Made by a program: the position numbers and the translations under genes. Positions 56,556 to 64,000 of a stretch of 64,000 nt of DNA are shown here, in pieces (position 1 is the first letter of the stretch; the number at the start of each line of letters is the position of its first letter). The notes beneath the pieces were generated by a model that did not search any database, had not been told where the DNA came from, and was given only the letters and a program-made list of their open reading frames with translations. Where the stretch lies: contig CACJIM010000004.1 of NCBI GenBank assembly GCA_902593475.1, forward strand, positions 340 through 64,339, in the 5' to 3' direction. This stretch comes from an uncultured Candidatus Actinomarina sp. Lineage in GTDB: Bacteria; Actinomycetota; Acidimicrobiia; Actinomarinales; Actinomarinaceae.

Positions 56556-57647
56556 TTATTTGTTCCTCAAACCAAACAAAGGCCTTAATGACTTGATGTT
56601 TTTTATGGCGTGATAAATCGTTAAAGAAAAAAAGCAAATCAAGAACAGAGCAATTGGGAATTTAATGATTGGATGGATATTTATACCAGCAAAAAAATAC
56701 ATTACTGCCATTTGTACTGGTAAGTGAACGATGTAAACAGGATATACAGCTGTTTTGTAATAGGTAAGCTGTGGTGAGTCTTTGTTTAAATACACTGCAG
56801 CAAGGCCTAACAGCGCAAAAATAAAATTAAAGGATTCAAAAGCTATGAGCCTATTGTCCAAGGCATAGTCTTCTATAAAATTGTTAAAAAGTCTATAAAA
56901 ATATGATGTCATACCTAAAGCTAGGTGTAATCGCCAGTTCTTTTTATTTGATTCCCAAAAGGCATCACCTTGAGAAGTAAGAATTATACCTATAGCAAAC
57001 CATATGAGGCCAAGAATAAAACCATGCTCCGTAAGAGCGTAAGTAGTGTAATAATCTCCGTATGTTTCTGTTTTAAACCTAATTGAATTAAGCAGATGTC
57101 CCTCAGCTATTATGGGTATTGCAAATATAAATATTCCTCCCGGTCTTTTGAGCAATAAAGAAATAAAATTTTCTTTTGATATAAAATTCAAAATCGGAAC
57201 AAAAAGCCAACAGTAGATAAAAATATTTATTAAAAACCACAAGTGTAATCCCTGATATTGGAAGGAAAATAAGGCTGCTTCATTTATCTCATCTAAGAAC
57301 CAGTAATCATAATATTTGCCCACAATAAAAACCGAGGAAGTTGAAAATACAAGAGTTCCAAACAACCACGGAAGGCCAAGAACTTTTGCTCTCTCTTTAA
57401 ATATTTGCATCTTAGTTCTTTTTCTAAATGAAAGTCTTAAAGCAACCCCCGCAATCAAGAAAACAAGCGGGATTCTCCAGCTATTCATAAGGTTTAGTAG
57501 TGGCCATATACCCTCTACTACTCTTTTGTTCTGAATGAAAAGGGTTTGTCTAGCAAGAGACGTGAATGAGACACCAAGATGATAAAAAATAAGAAGAAAC
57601 ATTGCTATAGATCGCAACGCGTCAATATCATATCTTCTTTGATTCAT
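56556..57647 (-). CDS. Acyltransferase family 3 (OafA/OpgC-like) membrane protein
   Basis: 363 aa with about 10 TM helices. The N-terminal YDIDALRSIAMFLLIFYHL motif is typical of acyltransferase_3. Confidence 0.8.
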   Translation of the reverse strand: MNQRRYDIDALRSIAMFLLIFYHLGVSFTSLARQTLFIQNKRVVEGIWPLLNLMNSWRIPLVFLIAGVALRLSFRKRTKMQIFKERAKVLGLPWLFGTLVFSTSSVFIVGKYYDYWFLDEINEAALFSFQYQGLHLWFLINIFIYCWLFVPILNFISKENFISLLLKRPGGIFIFAIPIIAEGHLLNSIRFKTETYGDYYTTYALTEHGFILGLIWFAIGIILTSQGDAFWESNKKNWRLHLALGMTSYFYRLFNNFIEDYALDNRLIAFESFNFIFALLGLAAVYLNKDSPQLTYYKTAVYPVYIVHLPVQMAVMYFFAGINIHPIIKFPIALFLICFFSLTIYHAIKNIKSLRPLFGLRNK

Positions 57648-57675
57648 ATGAATAATGTTAGTGCGTACGTTTTGA

Positions 57676-58110
57676 TTAATTAAACTGTAGCTTTTCTTTA
57701 AGATCTTCTGTGATTGGTGTGGGCTTCATTGTCGTTTGGTCTGTATATACGTGAACAGCCTCACAAGAACTCACTAATTCATCAGAATCTTTTAAGAACA
57801 TACCCATTACCCATGTGATGCTAGAGTTTCCTATTTCTTTAATTTTTGTTCCTATTTCTATTTCGTTACCGTACTGGAGAGGTTTGTTGTATTGAACTTT
57901 TACTTGAACTGTATGAAAATCTTTTCTTGTCTCTTCAATATCTGTCCAGTAGTCATAATTTACATATTTAAAATAACCAGTAATTGCCTCGTCAAAAAAC
58001 GATACGTAATTAGCATTGTGCACCACACCTTGTGGGTCAAGCTCATAGTATCTTATGCTCACAGACCAAAAAGCCTGAAAATCATTCCTTGATAAAGTGA
58101 TTTTTGACAT
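57676..58110 (-). CDS. Acyl-CoA thioesterase, hotdog fold (YbgC/4HBT-like)
   Basis: 144 aa. The early YYELDPQGVVHNANY motif (catalytic Asp region) is typical of the 4HBT class. Confidence 0.8.
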   Translation of the reverse strand: MSKITLSRNDFQAFWSVSIRYYELDPQGVVHNANYVSFFDEAITGYFKYVNYDYWTDIEETRKDFHTVQVKVQYNKPLQYGNEIEIGTKIKEIGNSSITWVMGMFLKDSDELVSSCEAVHVYTDQTTMKPTPITEDLKEKLQFN

Positions 58111-59313
58111 CTAGACAAATATTTGTGTTTTAGGTTCTATTCCACCAGTTAGTGGCATAGCGTATTCAAAGAATTCATTGGTAACATATGGTTTACTTTC
58201 ATTTAAAAATTCTTGTGGCATGTCTTTTGTGTGCTTAGCAACTTTCTTAAGCTCTACAACATCAACATCGCAACTATATGTTTCTGACAATTGTCTTTTA
58301 AGAATTACGGAACCGCTTTGAATTTCTTTTGACGCAACAACAGCATGTTGACCAACTCTCTCTGCTTCTTCTGCGTCTACCTCGGAGACGTCGGCTAGGA
58401 AAGACCTTTGCAAGTATCCAAATGTATCAGCTCTAACTCTTGCTCCGTCAATGTGTTCTGAAACAATATTTGTTAGCGTATCACCCAATGCCCCTGAGCC
58501 TGATAGTTGAATGTTTCCATGACTATCTTTTTTTCCAGCTAGGCCAGATCCTGTTTCGCTTGCATATGTTTGTAAAAAGTATTCTCCTTCTTCGTTATGA
58601 ATACCTTCCGAGACAGCAACTACACATCTTCCAAGTGAATCATAAACCTCTTTGACTTCCTTTAAAAATTCATCAATTTTGAATACTTTTTCAGGAACAT
58701 ATACTAAATGCGGTCCATCTTCTTCAGTAGATTTTCCTAAGGTGCTCGCAGCGGTAAGCCACCCAGCATGTCTTCCCATTAAAACATTTATCTTGATTCC
58801 TTTTAGACTTCTATTATCCGCATCATCTCCTTGAAAGGCGTGAGCCACAAAACGAGCAGCTGAACCATAACCTGGACAGTGGTCTGTTTCAAGTAGATCG
58901 TTATCAATAGTTTTTGGTATATGAAATGCTTTCATGTCATATCCGATAGATTTTGCTCCTTCAGAAACTAAGTTTGCTGTTTCAGCAGAATCGTTACCTC
59001 CTATATAAAAGAAGTTTCTAATATTTTGTTTTTCAAATATTGATACAAGCTGTTCTATGTCAGAGTCTGTTGGTTTTTTTCTTACTGAACCAAGCGCTGC
59101 AGCAGGCGTTTTACCAATTCCATAAAGCTGGGCTTCCGATAAGTTTGATAAATCAACAAAATCTTCATTGAGCATGCCCGCTAACCCATGTCTTGCACCA
59201 AGAATCTCATCGAAATCTGATTTAGTAGCCTCCTTAATAAACCCAACTAGTGATTTATTTATAACAGCTGTCGGACCTCCCGACTGTCCAATTACTGCTT
59301 TGCCTTGTGGCAT
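58111..59313 (-). CDS. pfp: 6-phosphofructokinase, PfkA family, with PPi-type specificity residues
   Basis: 400 aa with N-terminal GQSGGPTAVIN. It has GGNDS where ATP enzymes have GGDGS, and PKTIDND where they have PGTIDND. Confidence 0.8.
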   Translation of the reverse strand: MPQGKAVIGQSGGPTAVINKSLVGFIKEATKSDFDEILGARHGLAGMLNEDFVDLSNLSEAQLYGIGKTPAAALGSVRKKPTDSDIEQLVSIFEKQNIRNFFYIGGNDSAETANLVSEGAKSIGYDMKAFHIPKTIDNDLLETDHCPGYGSAARFVAHAFQGDDADNRSLKGIKINVLMGRHAGWLTAASTLGKSTEEDGPHLVYVPEKVFKIDEFLKEVKEVYDSLGRCVVAVSEGIHNEEGEYFLQTYASETGSGLAGKKDSHGNIQLSGSGALGDTLTNIVSEHIDGARVRADTFGYLQRSFLADVSEVDAEEAERVGQHAVVASKEIQSGSVILKRQLSETYSCDVDVVELKKVAKHTKDMPQEFLNESKPYVTNEFFEYAMPLTGGIEPKTQIFV

Positions 59314-59316
59314 TTT

Positions 59317-60225
59317 TTAACTCCCGTTTTGATATACAGATATAAAACTTAGATAAGAGTTTGCTATTTCTGAAACAGCCTCTTCTCGTGATTTCTCACC
59401 AGCATGCCATCCTTTAAGAGAATCCCAAAAGATAGATCTTCCAATAGCAAAACCTTTGTAGCCGTCAACTGATGATCCCGCTCTTAACCATTCATTCACT
59501 TTTTCATCATTGGCTCCTCTACCAAGAACGACTGCTATTACATCTTCTCTGCCTCCATCTTTGATTACCTTGGAAACATTTTCACAGTCATCAGTGGTGT
59601 CTAGTCCTTCAATCTTCCAAATATCTGGATCAGCTCCTCGCTCTCTCATTTCTTCAACTACCTGAACAGCAAGTTTTGGTCTAATTTCTGAATCATATCG
59701 AGCTTGATCACCGCCAACACTTTCTAACTGTTGTTCTGATGCAGGAACTAAAAATTCTAAAAGAAATTTTCTTTCGTTTTCATTAAGCCAATCAGACAGT
59801 GTTTTAATTCTTTCACCCTGAATTTGTCTTGTGTCTGCATCATCTTCAGGGTTCCAACGAACTAAAATTTTTACAAAGTCTGCATTGACCTCTTTTATTT
59901 TCTCACCAAAGTTATCACCGTATTCGAAGTCGAATACTTTTTGTCCAGACTTTTCTACAGGAGCAGCAAATTTAATTCCCATTTCTTTTGCTTTTTCTTG
60001 TACTTGTAATCCAAAAGCTTCATCAACTAATATTGCCGGATCTCCACCCTCGATGCCTTGATTTTTTGCCTCAAGAAAGCCATCAAAAATAATATCTTTC
60101 ATGGAGGATACTCTTGCAATCTCGTCACTATTAGGTGGTCTTCCCTCAACACCCAAAAGCCCTTTGGTTAAGGTACCTCTGTGGTCAAATGCAAGAATGT
60201 ATAAATCGCTTGAGTATCCTTTCAT
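59317..60225 (-). CDS. Class I aldolase-like (beta/alpha)8 protein (LacD/DUF2090-like)
   Basis: 302 aa. The N-terminal LAFDHRGT resembles the LacD/YihT LALDQRGS motif, and the length fits a TIM barrel. Assignment is by motif memory only. Confidence 0.5.
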   Translation of the reverse strand: MKGYSSDLYILAFDHRGTLTKGLLGVEGRPPNSDEIARVSSMKDIIFDGFLEAKNQGIEGGDPAILVDEAFGLQVQEKAKEMGIKFAAPVEKSGQKVFDFEYGDNFGEKIKEVNADFVKILVRWNPEDDADTRQIQGERIKTLSDWLNENERKFLLEFLVPASEQQLESVGGDQARYDSEIRPKLAVQVVEEMRERGADPDIWKIEGLDTTDDCENVSKVIKDGGREDVIAVVLGRGANDEKVNEWLRAGSSVDGYKGFAIGRSIFWDSLKGWHAGEKSREEAVSEIANSYLSFISVYQNGS

Positions 60226-60234
60226 AAATCTCCT

Positions 60235-61158
60235 TTAAATTTTTTCTTTTGTTGTTCTTCTAGTAAACACGAACAACATTATTACTAAAACCAATAATGA
60301 TAGTAATAGTAAATAATCTGAATAAACGTTGGTTTGAGCACTTTCTTCGAAGACATCAGTAAGCGAACTGACTAACTCAACAGTGGTGGTACCCCAGTTG
60401 CTAGCTAATGTGTCATCAAGAAAATAAACATTAGAATTTTGAACTGCAGTTAAATTACCCCAACCATCTCTTATAGACAAGTCTTTATTCAAGTAGTCAG
60501 AATGTCCGACAACTATAAAATCGGGGTTAGATTCAATTACAGCTTCTTCGCTAAGCGCAGGATAACCACTACCAAATGGGTCTTCTTCTTGACCAGCAAT
60601 GTTTTCAACTCCTATTAAGTTATAAATCTCTCCAATCAGTGAGTCATTGTTTACGCTGTAGATACCATATGTGTAACCGATTTCATGATAAACAGAAACG
60701 TTTCCAAAGTTTGAATTATCAAGTATTCGATTAATCTCAAGCTTCATGTCTCTGACCTTTGCGCTTGCTTCACTGCGTTTATTTATAATGTCACCAACTG
60801 TTTCTATTTGTGAATAAACGTCTTCAAGTGTTTTAGCAGGTGGTAAAAGAACATAGTTAAGTTCTTGACTTTCTAGGCCTTCAACTATTCCATTAAAATC
60901 AAAAGCTACGATTACTACATCTGGCATTAGTGGAGCCAATTCTTCAGCTGTGACAGTATATGCGTCAATTCTTTCAACTGGAAAATCAACTTCAGAGAAT
61001 GCGTCTATAGCTACTAAAGTGTCTTGTCCACCTAATGCTTTAATAACTTCGGTGTGGGTTGTTGATAATGAGATCACCCTAATCTCTTCATTGCTTTCTT
61101 GTGTTACATTCGTGCACATCGAAAATAACAAGGCAAGAAAAATTAGTTTATATTTCAT
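60235..61158 (-). CDS. BtuF-like (cluster A/class III) periplasmic binding protein, putative cobalamin-binding
   Basis: 307 aa with an N-terminal signal and Cys (LLFSMC). RVISLSTTHTEVIKALGG and PDFIVV are typical of BtuF/FhuD-type binding proteins. A cobalamin riboswitch lies upstream, and an extra C-terminal TM helix is present. Confidence 0.7.
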   Translation of the reverse strand: MKYKLIFLALLFSMCTNVTQESNEEIRVISLSTTHTEVIKALGGQDTLVAIDAFSEVDFPVERIDAYTVTAEELAPLMPDVVIVAFDFNGIVEGLESQELNYVLLPPAKTLEDVYSQIETVGDIINKRSEASAKVRDMKLEINRILDNSNFGNVSVYHEIGYTYGIYSVNNDSLIGEIYNLIGVENIAGQEEDPFGSGYPALSEEAVIESNPDFIVVGHSDYLNKDLSIRDGWGNLTAVQNSNVYFLDDTLASNWGTTTVELVSSLTDVFEESAQTNVYSDYLLLLSLLVLVIMLFVFTRRTTKEKI

Positions 61159-61204
61159 ATTTTCCTTTCTTACCTTGAGAAAATGTAAGAAATTTTAGAA
61201 ACTT

Positions 61205-61330
61205 CATTCCTTCTCTCGAGGATTGTTGTCTTATAAATATTGAAGGCGACCTGACTTATCTTTCGAATCACAGTTGCGGGACAGCGTTAGACTCTCACTA
61301 ACTTCGCTTCAGTATTCTTTTAAGATGTTA
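61205..61330 (-). ncRNA. Cobalamin riboswitch (compact form)
   Basis: The reverse strand reads GAAGCGAAGUUAGUGAGAGUCUAACGCUGUCCCGCAACUGUGA...AAGUCAGGUCGCCUUC. This matches the conserved core (GGGAA-stem-UGAnAAU loop-stem-GC-G-CCCGC-ACUGU) and a B12-box-like AGUCAGG..GCC. It sits in the 5' leader of the BtuF-like gene. Confidence 0.7.
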
Positions 61331-61335
61331 GCAGG

Positions 61336-61935
61336 TTAAAGTGAATCGTCTTCTTCGTTTTCTTCATTTTTTAAAACATCCATCAGTGTAGGCTCTTCGA
61401 TATCCCTTGGTACATCTGGTCTTGGAAGGTCTGATGTCGATGGTGTTTGTTCTGCTGTTCTATCTGCCCTTGCTTTTTTTATAGAGTTAACAAATGACAT
61501 CATGACAGTTTCTTTAGACTCATTGTTTGGAGCATTCTTAATTTTTTGTGGTTTTTCTGGAGTGTCCAAATGTGATTCTTCCAAGACAACAACCTCAATA
61601 CCTCCGACTAAATCTGAAACTAAATTGTAAAAGAACGCACCTACCGTGGCGATCGCGGTCTGGGTCAACATGTATACAACTGCAAGGGAAACTAAACCAG
61701 TAAATAGTGGCTCTATGTTTCCAACAAGAGAAGCGTTTTGATCTAATAGTGCAAGTCGTCTTGCAATATCCTCTAGTCCTTGTGGAACCCCGGCGTTTAC
61801 TAATAACACCCACATAATTGAGAAACCAAGAACAACAGTTAATCCGACGACAAAGTTAAGCACAAGAGTGACTTTTAAAACTGTCCACGGGTCAATTTTT
61901 CGAATTATTCTTCTAACTCTATTTACACGAACCAT
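61336..61935 (-). CDS. DUF3566-like transmembrane protein (conserved gyrA-downstream gene in Actinobacteria)
   Basis: 199 aa with N-terminal RRIIRKIDPWTVLKVTLVLNFV and two or three TM helices. It lies immediately downstream of gyrA. Confidence 0.7.
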   Translation of the reverse strand: MVRVNRVRRIIRKIDPWTVLKVTLVLNFVVGLTVVLGFSIMWVLLVNAGVPQGLEDIARRLALLDQNASLVGNIEPLFTGLVSLAVVYMLTQTAIATVGAFFYNLVSDLVGGIEVVVLEESHLDTPEKPQKIKNAPNNESKETVMMSFVNSIKKARADRTAEQTPSTSDLPRPDVPRDIEEPTLMDVLKNEENEEDDSL

Positions 61936-61937
61936 AA

Positions 61938-64000
61938 TTAACTTTTTATTGGTATGAAAGCTGATATTTCTTCTTCGGAAGAAAGCTTCATGATCCTAAC
62001 TCCTTGTGCTGCTCTACTCATTTGTTTAATTTGTTTCACTGCACATCTTATTGCAGTTCCACCTGTACTCATAAGCATAACCTCTGTATCTTCATCTACA
62101 GACCTTGCACCTACTAAATTTCCTTTAGTTTCTGTAACTTTTAGAGCTTTTACTCCCATGCCTCCTCTTCCGGCTCTTCTAAATTCATCTAACTTAGTAC
62201 GTTTTCCGTATCCTTTTGCAGTAATAAATAAAAGCGTTTCATCTCTTGAGGTTGCGGCACCAACTACTTTGTCTCCTTCTCGAAGTTTGATTCCTCTAAC
62301 TCCCATTGCTGATCTACCTTGAGCTTTAAGATTTGTTTCGTCAAACCTTATGGCCTGGCCCTTTTGCGAAACAAGTATCACATCTTCTTTACCTGAAGTT
62401 GTTTTAACGGAGACAACCTTGTCATCATCCTTAAGCTTTATAGCTTGTAGAGATTTGTAGTTAGAGTCGAAATCTTTAAACTTAGATTTTTTGACAGTGC
62501 CCTTTTCTGTCATGATTAATAAGAATTTTTCTGTCTCGTAATCTCTGGTGTCTATGATTGCCTGTACTTTTTCATCTTGACTCATTGACAATACGTTTTG
62601 AATTAGAGAACCTCTTGCGGTTCTGTTGGTTTTTGGAATCTCGTGAGCTTTAGCCCTATAGACTTTTCCTTGATCAGTAAAAAAGAGTAGGTAAGAGTGT
62701 ACTGAAGTAGAAAGAAGGTGTTCTATCACGTCTTCGTCTGATGAAGCAGCTTTCACTCCTTTTCCGCCCCTGCCTTGTTTCTTGTAAGAGGTGGAAGGTA
62801 CAGATTTAACATATCCATTTGATGAAACAGATACGATAATTTCTTCGTCTTCTATAAGGTCTTCTATAGAAACCTCTCCTACATCTGGAACAATTCTTGA
62901 TCTTCTCTCATCGCCGAATTTGTCAGTAATAGCTTCTAATTCTTCGATTAATATTGTGTTTTGCTTGGCTCTGCTTTTCAAAATCGCTGCTAATTCTTTA
63001 ATTGTTTCCTTTAACTCTTTCTTTTCCTCTTCGAGTTTTTCCATTTCCAGTGCTGTAAGTCTTCTGAGGGGCATATCCAAAATGTGTGAAGCCTGAACTT
63101 CTGATAATTTAAATTTTGTCATCAAAGATTTTCTCGCTGTATCGACATCTTTAGATGCTTTAATGACTTTAATAATTTGATCGATTTTGTTTAGTGCTAA
63201 AAGAAGACCTTCGACAATATGGAGTCTATTTTCAGCTTTGTCTAGTCTGTATTTTGTTCTTCTTTGTATTACATCAATTTGATGATCGATGTAGTAGTTT
63301 ATCAACTCAGGAACAGAGAGAACCTTAGGAACACCGTCCACAAGAGCAACTGAGTTAACAGAGAAGGTGTCTTGTAGTTGTGTTTGTTTGAAAAGTTGAT
63401 TTAGAACAACCTGTGGAACCGCATCTCTCTTAAGCTCAACAACCAACCTTGTACCATTTCTATCGCTGCTTTCATTTCTCAGATCAGATATTCCCTGTAG
63501 TTTTTTATCTTGCACAAGTGTGGCAATTTTCTCCATAATACGATCTGTAGAAGCTTGGTAAGGAAGTTCTTTTACGACAATCGCAGACCGACCTCTTCCG
63601 AGTTCTTCCACGTCTGCAACTGCTCTAATTTTTATAGAGCCTCTTCCTTTCAAAATTGCATCTTTGATAGTTGGAGTGTCGACGACCAAACCTCCTGTAG
63701 GGAAGTCCGGTCCTGTAATTATTTTCAAAAAGTCTCTTGGCTTTGCGTCCTTATTTGCGATTGCAAACTTAACAGCCTCTGTAACTTCACGTAAATTATA
63801 TGGTGGCATGTTAGTAGCCATTGCAACTGCGATGCCTTCTGCTCCATTAACTAAGAGGTTTGGAAACCTTGCTGGAAGAACTTTTGGTTCTGAAGTTTCT
63901 CCCGAATAGTTTGGTTCAAAATTTACAGTATCTTCATCAATGCCATCTAGAAGTTGGGATGAGAGTGAAGACATTCGAGACTCTGTGTACCTCATCGCTG
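61938..64000 (-). CDS. gyrA: DNA gyrase subunit A; 5' end lies outside the window
   Basis: The frame is open to the window edge. RYTE, PARFPNLLVNGAEGIAVAMATNMPP and the C-terminal beta-pinwheel repeats are present. The GyrA box QGRGGKG distinguishes it from ParC. Confidence 0.93.
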   Translation of the reverse strand, partial: AMRYTESRMSSLSSQLLDGIDEDTVNFEPNYSGETSEPKVLPARFPNLLVNGAEGIAVAMATNMPPYNLREVTEAVKFAIANKDAKPRDFLKIITGPDFPTGGLVVDTPTIKDAILKGRGSIKIRAVADVEELGRGRSAIVVKELPYQASTDRIMEKIATLVQDKKLQGISDLRNESSDRNGTRLVVELKRDAVPQVVLNQLFKQTQLQDTFSVNSVALVDGVPKVLSVPELINYYIDHQIDVIQRRTKYRLDKAENRLHIVEGLLLALNKIDQIIKVIKASKDVDTARKSLMTKFKLSEVQASHILDMPLRRLTALEMEKLEEEKKELKETIKELAAILKSRAKQNTILIEELEAITDKFGDERRSRIVPDVGEVSIEDLIEDEEIIVSVSSNGYVKSVPSTSYKKQGRGGKGVKAASSDEDVIEHLLSTSVHSYLLFFTDQGKVYRAKAHEIPKTNRTARGSLIQNVLSMSQDEKVQAIIDTRDYETEKFLLIMTEKGTVKKSKFKDFDSNYKSLQAIKLKDDDKVVSVKTTSGKEDVILVSQKGQAIRFDETNLKAQGRSAMGVRGIKLREGDKVVGAATSRDETLLFITAKGYGKRTKLDEFRRAGRGGMGVKALKVTETKGNLVGARSVDEDTEVMLMSTGGTAIRCAVKQIKQMSRAAQGVRIMKLSSEEEISAFIPIKS

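Overview
The window is AT-rich (about one-third GC by eye) and very gene-dense, with many 1-4 nt gene overlaps. It looks like chromosomal core sequence from a streamlined actinobacterium. That is an inference from hallmark genes: crgA, a PP2C phosphatase plus a PASTA-domain PknB kinase, a PAC2 protein, ribosomal protein bS22, lnt, and gyrA (with a GyrA box) followed by a DUF3566 gene. Most content is housekeeping:
- purine and nucleotide metabolism: purA, purB, dcd, add, a dGTPase-like protein, a deoxyribonucleotidase
- lysine/aspartate pathway: ask, asd, lysA
- translation and replication: serS, tadA, dnaX, gyrA
- envelope and repair: murJ, lnt, nfo, mutY
- copper homeostasis: copZ, copA

I saw no transposase, integrase, prophage, CRISPR array or rRNA. 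Several features are missing from the ORF track:
- four tRNAs (Ser-GGA, Ser-TGA, Ser-GCT, Arg-ACG)
- a compact cobalamin riboswitch
- a 31-aa bS22 gene
- several membrane ORFs shorter than 60 aa
- two tandem sRNA-like units, each with its own promoter and terminator
- a SelW/Rdx-like gene interrupted by an in-frame TGA at the CxxU position (candidate selenoprotein)

The best candidate for an undescribed system lies at 50.3-57.6 kb. It is a MacB-type ABC exporter with a peptidoglycan-binding adaptor, embedded among four paralogous two-module Cys-motif acidic lipoproteins, a small membrane protein and an acyltransferase-3 protein. Other points worth a second look:
- an A9 run in dnaX with stops in both alternative frames
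- non-Cys residues at catalytic or zinc-ligand Cys positions in Lnt and TadA
- a PPi-type signature in the phosphofructokinase
- a perfect CRP-type palindrome

All family assignments come from motif recognition by eye. No searches were run.
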